A stretch of DNA of 33,098 nucleotides from a virus, in the IMG/VR virus record IMGVR_UViG_3300047159_000020, positions 1 through 33,098 of that record, one strand, 5' to 3'. Position 1 is the first letter of the stretch. Every line of letters begins with the position of its first letter. Under the pieces are notes generated by a model that was given only the letters and a program-made list of their open reading frames with translations, made no database searches and was not told the origin of the DNA. The position numbers and the translations under genes are program-made. Positions 13,659-21,930 of this stretch are shown here, in pieces.

Positions 13659-15770
13659 ATGAAGCAGAAAAGCAAAGCCGACGACTACATCATCGCCGAG
13701 GCCAACGCTCGGTACGCCCGCTGCTTGGCGTTCGAGGCGGACAATCTGCGCGAAGCGAAAGACGATTTCCAGAAGCTCGCCGGCAATCACTGGCCAGAAG
13801 ACGCGGCGCGGCAGCGAGAAGTCGAGCGGAGACCGTGCATCACGATCAACAAGCTGCCCGCGTTTTTGCACACGGTAACGAACGACCAGCGGCAGAACAA
13901 GCTAGGCATCAAGACTCACCCCGTCGACGATGGCGCGGACATCAAAACATCCGACGTGCTGCAGGGTCTGATTCGGCATATCGAGTACGAGAGCGGCGCA
14001 GACGCCTGCTACGACACGGCTGGATTTCACGCGGCCGCCTGCGGTTTCGGGTATTTCCGTATTCGCACGGAGTACGACCGAGAAGATTCGTTTGACCAGG
14101 TGCCGCGGTTCGAGCGGTTCCGGTCTCCGTTCTCGGTGCATCCAGACCCAGACGCAAAAGAGCCTGACGGAAGCGATCAGGATTTTTGTTTTGTGGACGG
14201 CACGATCGCGCGATCCGAAGTCAAGCGCGACCATCCCGGCGCGTCGGCGGCAGTCTCGAATGAGAGCGACGGCGCGGACGATGTGATGCTGTTGTGCTCG
14301 GAGTATTACCGGATCGAGCAATCGCCGGCTGTGCTCGTGCGCCTGAGCAACGGCGAAACGGGCTGGAAAGATGACCTGATCGAACTGCCGTTCGGCGTCA
14401 CGATTGTCGATGAGCGCAAGAGCAGGCGCCGAAAAGTCATGTGGTACAAGCTCTCGTCTTCTGAGTCTGTCGAGCGCGGCGCGGTCGGCATGCCAGGCAG
14501 CTCAACGACGTTCACGGATGTGCTTGAGCGCGCCGAGATTCCCTGCCGATGGATCCCGGTTTTCCCGGTCTATGGCGAGGAACTGGAGATCGACTCGAAA
14601 GTCGTTCGCTCCGGGCTGATTCGGCACGCCAAAGGGCCGTCCGTGATGTATGACTACTGGATGACCGCGGCGACAGAGGAAGTCACGCTGCGCCCCAAAA
14701 CGCCATTCATCGGCGCCGAGGGACAGTTCGAGGGTCACGAGAAGAAATGGCGCGCGGCGAATGTGCAGACGTTCGCGTATCTGGAATACAAGCCGCGCAC
14801 GATTGGAGGTAGTCTCGCGCCTCCTCCGCAGCGACAGCCGATGGCCGACATCCCGTCTGGCGTGCTGCAGATGGCGATGCACGCCGCGGACGAAATCAAA
14901 TCAACAACCGGCATTTTCGATTCGTCTCTCGGCGCCCGCGGTACGGCTACAAGCGGCATTCAGGAGCGCGAACAGAAGAGGCAAGGCAACGTCGCCAACT
15001 TCCACTTTTCGGACAACCTGACGCGCGCTGTTAGGCACGCAGGGCGATGCCTTGTGGACATGATCCCGCGGATTTACGACACGGAGCGAGTCGTCCGCAT
15101 TCTCGGAGATGACGAGAAGATTTCTCACGCGACGATCAATCAGCCGCTCGAACGTCCGGAGATTGATGAGAAAACCGGCGCCATTCGCACGGTGCTGAAC
15201 GATCTGACGGTCGGCAAATACGACGTGACCGTATCCGCAGGCGCCAGCTACTCGACACGCAGGCAGGAAGCCTCTGATGCGATGGTTTCGTTTGGCCAGT
15301 CCTGGCCGAAGCTCATGGACGTTGCCGGCGACAAGGTTGTAACGGCGATGGACTGGCCAGGTGCCGACGAAATCGCGGAGCGCATCAAGCGCACGATTCC
15401 GCCCGAATTGCTCGGCGACGAAGACGGCGAGGACGGCGAACAGTCGCCGCAGATTCCGCCGCAAGTGCTGCAGATCGTCCAGCAGGCACAGCAGCATATC
15501 CAACAGCTCGAAGCCGAATTGCAGGACGCCAAGACCGGCATCGAGAAGGCGCGCATCAGCGCCGAGTCGTCCGAGCGAGTCGCACAGATCAACGCCAACG
15601 GCCGGCAGGACGTGGAAGAGCTGAAAGGATGGATTTCGATGCTCATGCAGAGCATGCAACCGCCGCCAGCGCTCAACGCAGCGGCGATGCAGACCCAAGA
15701 ACAGCAGCAAGAACCAATCGCGCAGGGGCCGGGCCAGCCTCCTGAATTCGCGCCCGGCCAGCAGTTTTGA
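13659..15770 (+). CDS. Portal protein, P22 gp1-like (703 aa)
   Basis: Size, position after the terminase genes, and a long C-terminal coiled coil (QIPPQVLQIVQQAQQHIQQLEAELQDAKTGIEKARI...) resembling the P22 portal barrel. Confidence 0.8.
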   Translation: MKQKSKADDYIIAEANARYARCLAFEADNLREAKDDFQKLAGNHWPEDAARQREVERRPCITINKLPAFLHTVTNDQRQNKLGIKTHPVDDGADIKTSDVLQGLIRHIEYESGADACYDTAGFHAAACGFGYFRIRTEYDREDSFDQVPRFERFRSPFSVHPDPDAKEPDGSDQDFCFVDGTIARSEVKRDHPGASAAVSNESDGADDVMLLCSEYYRIEQSPAVLVRLSNGETGWKDDLIELPFGVTIVDERKSRRRKVMWYKLSSSESVERGAVGMPGSSTTFTDVLERAEIPCRWIPVFPVYGEELEIDSKVVRSGLIRHAKGPSVMYDYWMTAATEEVTLRPKTPFIGAEGQFEGHEKKWRAANVQTFAYLEYKPRTIGGSLAPPPQRQPMADIPSGVLQMAMHAADEIKSTTGIFDSSLGARGTATSGIQEREQKRQGNVANFHFSDNLTRAVRHAGRCLVDMIPRIYDTERVVRILGDDEKISHATINQPLERPEIDEKTGAIRTVLNDLTVGKYDVTVSAGASYSTRRQEASDAMVSFGQSWPKLMDVAGDKVVTAMDWPGADEIAERIKRTIPPELLGDEDGEDGEQSPQIPPQVLQIVQQAQQHIQQLEAELQDAKTGIEKARISAESSERVAQINANGRQDVEELKGWISMLMQSMQPPPALNAAAMQTQEQQQEPIAQGPGQPPEFAPGQQF

Positions 15771-15784
15771 TCGTGGAGCCATCC

Positions 15785-16618
15785 ATGCAGGAAGCACAAG
15801 AGCAGCAACCATCGTCGCCGGCAGGCGCAAGCAACGAATCGCCGGAAACCGTAACCGAGGAGCTGCAGCAGTCCGAGCAGCAGGAAGCCGCAGAGAAGCC
15901 CGAAGAGGGCGACGAAGGCGACGACCATGGCGGCGAGGAAAAGCCGCAGGAGAAGCCAAGGCGCAGCGCTCGCGAGCGTATCAACGAACTGACGAAGCGG
16001 GCGCACGAGGCAGAGCGTGAAGTGCAGAGACTGCGCGAAGCGTCCGAGCGAAAGCCGGCCGAGTCCGCCGAGAAGCCAAACCCTGACAAGTTCGGTTCGT
16101 ATGACGAGTACGTCGAGGCGTTGGCGGACTGGAAAGCGGATCAGCGAGTCGCCGAGTCGTTCAAGAGGCGCGATGCCGAGCGGTCGCAGGCGGCAGAGGC
16201 GCGGGCAGCAGAAGCCAAGGCGCAAGCCTGGCACGAGCGTCAGATCGCCTTCCGCGAAGACACGCCGGACTATGACGCGGTTATTGGCAAATCGGCCGTG
16301 CAGGTAGCGCCGCACGTCGTCGACACGCTGCTCGACTGCGACTCAGGGCCGGAGCTTGCTTATCACCTCGCCAAACGCCCGGAAACGGTCAAGCGCATCA
16401 ATGCACTGTCTCCGCTCTCGGCAGCGCGAGAACTCGGACGGATCGAGGCAACGCTATCGAATCCGGCCGCGCCACAATTCAAGCCGGCCAGCAAAGCGCC
16501 TGCGCCGATTACGCCAGCTCGCTCTTCCGCGCCTGCGGCAGTCGACTTGGCATCTGCAAACATGGACCAGTACATCGCCGCACGTCGCAAACAAGGCGCG
16601 ACATTCAGGCGGCGGTAA
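15785..16618 (+). CDS. Scaffolding protein (277 aa)
   Basis: Lies between portal and coat. Acidic, helical, Glu/Ala/Arg-rich. ATG at 15785 follows GTGGAG. Confidence 0.6.
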   Translation: MQEAQEQQPSSPAGASNESPETVTEELQQSEQQEAAEKPEEGDEGDDHGGEEKPQEKPRRSARERINELTKRAHEAEREVQRLREASERKPAESAEKPNPDKFGSYDEYVEALADWKADQRVAESFKRRDAERSQAAEARAAEAKAQAWHERQIAFREDTPDYDAVIGKSAVQVAPHVVDTLLDCDSGPELAYHLAKRPETVKRINALSPLSAARELGRIEATLSNPAAPQFKPASKAPAPITPARSSAPAAVDLASANMDQYIAARRKQGATFRRR

Positions 16619-16644
16619 TCCACATCATCACGGAGCAATAAATC

Positions 16645-17859
16645 ATGAGTAATACACTGCTTACCAGCAGCATTCTGGCCAAGGAGACCCTGGCCGTCAT
16701 TGAAAATAACTGTGCGTTCGGCGGCATGGTCAATCGCGACTACGAAACCGTACATAGCGCGTCGATGCGGGACGGCTACGAGCCTGGAGCGACGATCAAC
16801 ATCCGCAAGCCGTCGCGCTATACGTATCGGCCCGGCCGCGTCTCTGTGCCGCAGGCATCCGTCGACAACTCTGTTCCGCTGACGCTGTCGCAGGGGGGTG
16901 CGGATTTGAACTTCAACCTGTTCGAGCGCTCGCTGCAGATCACCGATAAGCGCATCCAGAAGAAAATCAACGCCGCCGCGGCGGCCATCGTCAACGAGAT
17001 CGACCGCGTTGGCCTGCTGCTCGCCAAGACGGCGGTCTACAACTGCCTGAACCCGACCGGCGCGCTGCCGACGACGCAAGAGCTGTCGCTGGCGGCCATC
17101 ACCGGCATCAATCAGCGCCTCGACGAAATGGGCGCGCCTCGCGACAACATGCGCGGCCTGATCATGAACCCGGCCATGAACGCGGCGACGGTTGGTGGTT
17201 TCGCCGGGCTGTTCAACGGCCAGGCAAAGCTCGGGCGGCAGTTCGACTCGGGCCTGATGGTCGATAGCCTGGGTCTGTCCTACGCGATGGACCAGAACGT
17301 TGCGGTGCATACCAACGGCGCCGCAACGGCGACCAACATTAACGGCGCCGGCCAGACGGGCTCTGCGATTACGGTCGTCGGCGTCGCTGGCGGAACGCTG
17401 GCGGCCGGGACGGTCATCACCCTACCGGGCGTCTATGCTGTCAATCCGCAGTCGCGCGTGAGCACTGGCGTTCTGGCCGATTTCGTGGTGACTGCGGACG
17501 TTTCCGCCGCGGCCACGTCGATCCCGATCAGTCCGGCAATCGTCACGAGCGGCGCGTATAAGAACGTCACCGCCTCGCCGACGACCGGCCAGCCGTATGT
17601 GATCAAGGGCGCCGCTTCGACTTCCTACGGCTGCAATGTGGGATTCCACGAGGACGCGTTTACCCTCGCCATGGTTCCGATGGCAACGCCTCCGGACGGC
17701 ACCGGCGCGCGCGTTGAGCAAATCTCGCACAACGGTTACACGATCAAGGTGACGGACTTCTACGACGGCACGAACGACAACGTAGTCACTCGTCTCGATG
17801 TGCTGTTCGGGTGGGCCGCGACGTATCCCGAGCTGGCCTGCAAGTACTACACGGTCTAA
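16645..17859 (+). CDS. Major capsid protein, P22 gp5-like (404 aa)
   Basis: Position after the scaffold gene, size and GGAG SD. Followed by a strong hairpin, as is typical after a capsid gene. Confidence 0.75.
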   Translation: MSNTLLTSSILAKETLAVIENNCAFGGMVNRDYETVHSASMRDGYEPGATINIRKPSRYTYRPGRVSVPQASVDNSVPLTLSQGGADLNFNLFERSLQITDKRIQKKINAAAAAIVNEIDRVGLLLAKTAVYNCLNPTGALPTTQELSLAAITGINQRLDEMGAPRDNMRGLIMNPAMNAATVGGFAGLFNGQAKLGRQFDSGLMVDSLGLSYAMDQNVAVHTNGAATATNINGAGQTGSAITVVGVAGGTLAAGTVITLPGVYAVNPQSRVSTGVLADFVVTADVSAAATSIPISPAIVTSGAYKNVTASPTTGQPYVIKGAASTSYGCNVGFHEDAFTLAMVPMATPPDGTGARVEQISHNGYTIKVTDFYDGTNDNVVTRLDVLFGWAATYPELACKYYTV

Positions 17860-17880
17860 ACGACGGCCTTTAACCATGGA

Positions 17881-17902
17881 GCGCCGGGGTTCTCCCCGGC
17901 GC
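17881..17902 (+). terminator. Strong hairpin after the capsid gene (partial terminator or mRNA stabiliser)
   Basis: GCGCCGGGG-TTCT-CCCCGGCGC (9-bp GC stem) is followed only by ATTT. Confidence 0.5.
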
Positions 17903-17918
17903 ATTTGGAGTATAGAGA

Positions 17919-18926
17919 ATGGCTAATGTTGCTGTTACTTGCATAAAAAACGGGAGATCAGACTCTTTCGGCCGGCCGCTTGTTTCTGGAACGTATTACC
18001 CGTCTGTCGAGATTGAGACGGCAAAAGCTCTGTGGAATTCCGGGTATGTTTCCGTGGCAGATGCGTCCGTGTTCGACCAAGACCCGCTGGCCGGAACGAG
18101 TCCGCTGGACGATTTCAACGTCGCCAGGGCGCTGTCTCTTTCAAGACAGCCCGCACAAACAAGCGCCAACCTCGCAGCGGAGCTTGCTGCGATCAGCGTC
18201 CCTGTAACGCTGTTTCAGAGTGGAGTGGCGTTCGCTGTTTTCGGTGGCGATGGCGGCTCCACTGGGCTGCTATTTACAGGGACGGCTGGCAGCTTTACGT
18301 TGTCATCAGCGGTCTACTCCGGGGTAATCGTCCCTTCGGGATATGGGTACTTGCCAGCAAACGCAGGCGGGCTAGGTAATGCAGCGGGCTGGTATTACTT
18401 CACGATGTCAAGTGACACCACTGGAACATTCTTTAATAACCTCTATCTGCCCACTTCTGAAGCTGCGCCAGCCATCCCACCTTCGCCGCAAGACTTTGCA
18501 AACCCTGTTGGCGGCAGAATAACACAGACAGTCTCTGAGCTAACCTGCGCCCAGGTGACGCTGCCTGTTGGCTCTGTTGGCGTAAATGGGCTTATATCTT
18601 TAAAGACAAAGTTTATCCCCAAAGGTTCAGCCTCGTACAAAACCATGAGATTGCGATATGGGGCATCTGAGCTAGCTTCTATTTATCCAAGTCTCGCCGG
18701 AATAGCTGATACTGAGCTACTTGTGCAAATGGCTGGAAGGCTCGATAGGCAGATAAGCACGAGGAACAACGTTCCTTCTGGCACGTATCAGCCTAGCGTA
18801 TTGGGGGATTTTTCCGCGATAGATTTTTCTGTCGGAGGCGCCCTTTCAGTAACACTGCAGAATGCTAGCTCGGCGGATAGCTCAATCTTGTACGTAAGAA
18901 GTCTTTGCTTGTCGAAGGGAGCGTAA
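17919..18926 (+). CDS. Tail fibre/receptor-binding-like protein (335 aa), A/T-richer insert
   Basis: GGAG SD. Gly/Ser/Thr-rich beta-type sequence. N-terminus LVSGTYYPSVEIETAKALWNSGYVSVAD. Followed by a DUF4376-like gene. Codon usage is visibly different from its neighbours. Confidence 0.4.
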   Translation: MANVAVTCIKNGRSDSFGRPLVSGTYYPSVEIETAKALWNSGYVSVADASVFDQDPLAGTSPLDDFNVARALSLSRQPAQTSANLAAELAAISVPVTLFQSGVAFAVFGGDGGSTGLLFTGTAGSFTLSSAVYSGVIVPSGYGYLPANAGGLGNAAGWYYFTMSSDTTGTFFNNLYLPTSEAAPAIPPSPQDFANPVGGRITQTVSELTCAQVTLPVGSVGVNGLISLKTKFIPKGSASYKTMRLRYGASELASIYPSLAGIADTELLVQMAGRLDRQISTRNNVPSGTYQPSVLGDFSAIDFSVGGALSVTLQNASSADSSILYVRSLCLSKGA

Positions 18927-18928
18927 AA

Positions 18929-19480
18929 ATGGCCATTCTCAAGTTCGCCAATGATGGCGAGGGAAAAGCCCTAGCCTATGCCGTACAAGAGCCGAAGTAT
19001 ATATGGGTGACTCCGGGGGATCCAGGGCTAATTGTCGTATTTACGGAAGATGACGCCTCAATCCCTCCAAAGGAATTGCAGATTCAGCTTTGCAACCAAG
19101 GGATGTCACAACTTGATGCCGCCAAGCTGGTTGTAAAATCATACATCAAAGATGAGCGCGACCGCAGAGAGCAGGCTGGATTTAAGTATCTCGGCAAGGT
19201 GATCGACTCTGACTCCGTGTCTGTACAGCGCATTTGCGTTGCATCAACTACAGCACAGATGGCTCTTTCGGCGGAAGTAGCGTACGAGGTAGAGTGGGCG
19301 TGCAAAGATAATTCGTTGCTGACTCTTAACGCCATGGGTGTGCTTGGAATGATGCAGGCCCTTGGGTCATACGGCCTTAATCTGCATTATCACGCGAGGA
19401 ATTTACGGGCGAGCGTCGACGCACTCTCCGACATTGCCGAAGTACGCGAATTCGACCATACAACCGGCTGGCCCGAGTAA
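18929..19480 (+). CDS. DUF4376-like protein (fibre-associated), 183 aa
   Basis: KDERDRREQAGFKYLGKVIDSDSVSVQRI...VEWACKDNSLLTLNAMGVLGMMQAL..HYHARNLRASVDAL...TTGWPE matches the DUF4376 pattern as I remember it. Confidence 0.5.
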   Translation: MAILKFANDGEGKALAYAVQEPKYIWVTPGDPGLIVVFTEDDASIPPKELQIQLCNQGMSQLDAAKLVVKSYIKDERDRREQAGFKYLGKVIDSDSVSVQRICVASTTAQMALSAEVAYEVEWACKDNSLLTLNAMGVLGMMQALGSYGLNLHYHARNLRASVDALSDIAEVREFDHTTGWPE

Positions 19481-19672
19481 ATGTCCTCCGCATCCGACCT
19501 AGCCGATTATTTCGCAGACATCACAGCGCAAGGATGCGGAGATCGCCTCGTATAGTATATCTCGGGACTCGCGGGCTCGATTCTCTGCGCGTCAATGGCC
19601 AGCTAATGCGGCTAAAGATTCCGCACAAAGTCGCCGAGACGGACGGCACAAGAGTGTTTTTGAGGGCGTCAG

Positions 19673-19819
19673 ATGAGTAAGCGGCGCACAGAAAGTTTAG
19701 GGACGTGGCTAAAAGGCACGAAAAAGCGCCCGCATGGAGACTGCTACACCATGCCACTCACCCGGCAACGCAGCACCCCCGCGCCGACAACCTACCAGGC
19801 AACGGATAACAAAAAATGA
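19673..19819 (+). CDS. Possible small basic protein (48 aa), below the track cutoff
   Basis: GAGGG SD 6 nt before the ATG. The stop overlaps the adaptor ATG (ATGA). MSKRRTESLGTWLKGTKKRPHGDCYTMPLTRQRSTPAPTTYQATDNKK. Confidence 0.35.
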   Translation: MSKRRTESLGTWLKGTKKRPHGDCYTMPLTRQRSTPAPTTYQATDNKK

Positions 19820-20526
19820 CAACAGCGCTGCAGCTTATATCCTCGTCTCTGCGCAAGCTCGGCGCAGTCGCGGCCGGGGAGACCCCAGACGCGAACGAGC
19901 AATCTGACGCGCTGGCCGCTTTGAATCAGCTTATCGAAAGCTGGAACCTGCAAGGGCTGACGCTTTACCGGCTTGAGAATGCCTCCTACACGCTTGTTCC
20001 GAGCCAGCAGACATACACCATTGGCAGCGGCGCCGACTTCGACGGCGCGCGGCCGATTACGCTGAATGGCGCCTTCGTGACGCGGGGCGGAATCGACTAT
20101 CCAGTTGTTCCGCTGACACAGCAGCAGTGGAACGACATTTTGCAGAAGTCGACGGAATCGCAACTTCCGGAAGCCGTCTATTACGAGCCGACGTTTCCTG
20201 ACGGAACGCTGCGGTTCTGGCCGGCTCCGCTGGAATCGCTGACGGTCACGCTGGCCATTAATATGCAACTCGGCGCGATTGCCGACATCAACGACGACAT
20301 GGCATTTCCGCCAGGGTACGAGCGCGCGCTGCTCTATGCGCTCGCCGTCGATCTTGCGCCCGAATACCCGGCCGTGACTCTGAGCCAGCGAGTGATCGAC
20401 ACAGCAGACGAGGCGCTGGCGGACATCAAGCGGGCGAACAACACTCAGAATCAGGCAGCGACTTTTGATATTGCGCTGGCGGGCGGTTGCGGCGGTTCGC
20501 TGGCGGCATTTGTTGCCGGGTACTGA
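19816..20526 (+). CDS. Head-to-tail adaptor, P22 gp4-like (236 aa)
   Basis: MTTALQLISSSLRKLGAVAAGETPDANEQSDALAALNQLIESW parallels the P22 gp4 N-terminus (..[40 protein letters not shown]). Sits upstream of the hub gene. Confidence 0.6.
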   Translation: MTTALQLISSSLRKLGAVAAGETPDANEQSDALAALNQLIESWNLQGLTLYRLENASYTLVPSQQTYTIGSGADFDGARPITLNGAFVTRGGIDYPVVPLTQQQWNDILQKSTESQLPEAVYYEPTFPDGTLRFWPAPLESLTVTLAINMQLGAIADINDDMAFPPGYERALLYALAVDLAPEYPAVTLSQRVIDTADEALADIKRANNTQNQAATFDIALAGGCGGSLAAFVAGY

Positions 20527-20529
20527 TCG

Positions 20530-20907
20530 GTGAGAATCCCGCTCGCCGCCGACATCGAAAGCCGTGACGGATCGCTGGCGGCCGGCGCGCTGATTGTGAA
20601 TGCCGCGGTGCAGGCTGAGGGCGACGGCCAGACATCGGCATTCAAGCGCGCGGGAGTCGTCTCTCGAGGATCGGTCACGGCCGGAGATGCGCAGTGCTTT
20701 ACGGGTGTCCCCGGGAAAGCCGTTGCAGTCGTTGGCGATCACGCCTTCACGCTGACCGTTGGCGAGCCGATCACCGAGGATGCTGACGACGACATGGCGC
20801 CGATCTTCGCCGGCCTGCAAGTGTCGGCACGCGAGGCCGGTCAGGCCAGCAACGATCGCGCGCTGATGCTCAAGACCGGCCGCGAGGCGTGGATACTGAC
20901 GCCGTGA
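20530..20907 (+). CDS. Hub (gp10-like) N-terminal fragment or paralogue (125 aa)
   Basis: GTG start. (M)RIPLAADIES..GALIVNAAVQAEGDGQTSAFKRAGV parallels the start of the next ORF and the N-terminal pattern of P22 gp10. Confidence 0.5.
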   Translation: MRIPLAADIESRDGSLAAGALIVNAAVQAEGDGQTSAFKRAGVVSRGSVTAGDAQCFTGVPGKAVAVVGDHAFTLTVGEPITEDADDDMAPIFAGLQVSAREAGQASNDRALMLKTGREAWILTP

Positions 20908-21920
20908 GACTGCCGCTAGCCACTGGCCTGAAAACCTCGATCAGCGATACGACGAAAGACGCGCGCCTGATCAATGCACACACGGAAACGCGCGGAGGAG
21001 TCACGAGGGTCAAGAAGCGTCCAGGAGCGCTGGCTACCGGGTGGGATTTCACGACGCCCATACAGAGCGGGTTCGGCGGAACGCTGCTTTATCTGATCTA
21101 CGGCGACGAATTCAGCGTGATTGACGTCAGCAGCCCTCCTCCTGCGTCAGTGGCGATAGGCGATCTTGTCGGCGGCTATTACGCGATGATCGACAACCCG
21201 CCAACGTCGCCTGGTGGCGGCGACGCGTATTGGAGCGCATCGCCTCCTGGAAGCTCCAGGTATGTGGCGACGTTCAAGCCCGGCTATGGAATGGGCAACA
21301 TCTATGGCGGCGCGAATATGTACCTGCCGCCAAGCTCTCCTGGCCCGTGGTCTGGCGAACTGCGCGGGGCTGTCGCGGCGAGTACTGCAGCAACCGTCAA
21401 GAGCTTTGACGAAACGATTACCGCGCTTGGTGGAGTTATCTGCTGGGGATCTTCTGGAGGAATACCGCCGAACGGGTCCGGGCCAACGGCGCGATATCTT
21501 CCGACGGGAATGTATGAGTCTGGCGGGGTCATCTTGGCGGCAGACAGTAGAGTGTCGAACGCAACTGTCAACTGGACGGCTGGCTACGTCCCTTCAGCAA
21601 TCCCTGCTGTTGGCTCTCCGCTCGGCTACGATATCTTCTCAGGGCCGGCAGTGATCCTGACAAGGAAAACGAAGACGTCGGCTACGATAACATCTTCGGG
21701 AACGGTCGCAACCATTGGCGTTGGGGTTTTGAGCCCGGCAGCGATCAGCAGGCGAATCGAGGTTTCTGGCGCAAACGAGCCAGAATACAACGGGGTTTTC
21801 GACGTCTACCTGAACGCCAACCCTCTGGCCAGCACAGCCACTGGCGCGCTCTATTACGACATGACTGGAACGCCAGCGGCAAGCCCTGCGACCGGGTCTG
21901 TCACAGTCAAATACTTCTGA
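20904..21920 (+). CDS. Tail protein with a hub-like N-terminus and a C-terminal small-barrel module (338 aa)
   Basis: GTG at 20904 overlaps the previous TGA (GTGA). (M)RLPLATGLKT..ARLINAHTETRGGVTRVKKRPGA. The C-terminus carries the EYNG...ATGSVTV module. The track start at 20889 is an alternative. Confidence 0.55.
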   Translation: MRLPLATGLKTSISDTTKDARLINAHTETRGGVTRVKKRPGALATGWDFTTPIQSGFGGTLLYLIYGDEFSVIDVSSPPPASVAIGDLVGGYYAMIDNPPTSPGGGDAYWSASPPGSSRYVATFKPGYGMGNIYGGANMYLPPSSPGPWSGELRGAVAASTAATVKSFDETITALGGVICWGSSGGIPPNGSGPTARYLPTGMYESGGVILAADSRVSNATVNWTAGYVPSAIPAVGSPLGYDIFSGPAVILTRKTKTSATITSSGTVATIGVGVLSPAAISRRIEVSGANEPEYNGVFDVYLNANPLASTATGALYYDMTGTPAASPATGSVTVKYF

Positions 21921-21930
21921 GCAGACAACG

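Noticed and set aside
13835-17310. Long antisense or alternative-frame ORFs inside portal, scaffold and coat (e.g. 14901-15959, 15248-16315 and 16363-17310 on the minus strand). The same type occurs elsewhere (555-1121 and 775-1221 plus; 19792-20820 and 25097-26059 minus).
   Set aside because: These are typical GC-rich shadow ORFs: Arg/Ala/Pro/Gly-rich, without starts or SDs, and fully nested in well-supported genes on the other strand or frame.
19540-19600. Possible tRNA (gggctcgattctc resembles a T-arm)
   Set aside because: The flanking sequence cannot form acceptor, D or anticodon stems, and the T-stem halves are not complementary.
19521-19757. 78-aa minus-strand ORF in the coat-distal spacer
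   Set aside because: It has no SD, is antisense to the late operon, and gives a Cys/Leu/Ser-rich nonsense-like translation. It overlaps an SD-led plus-strand small ORF.
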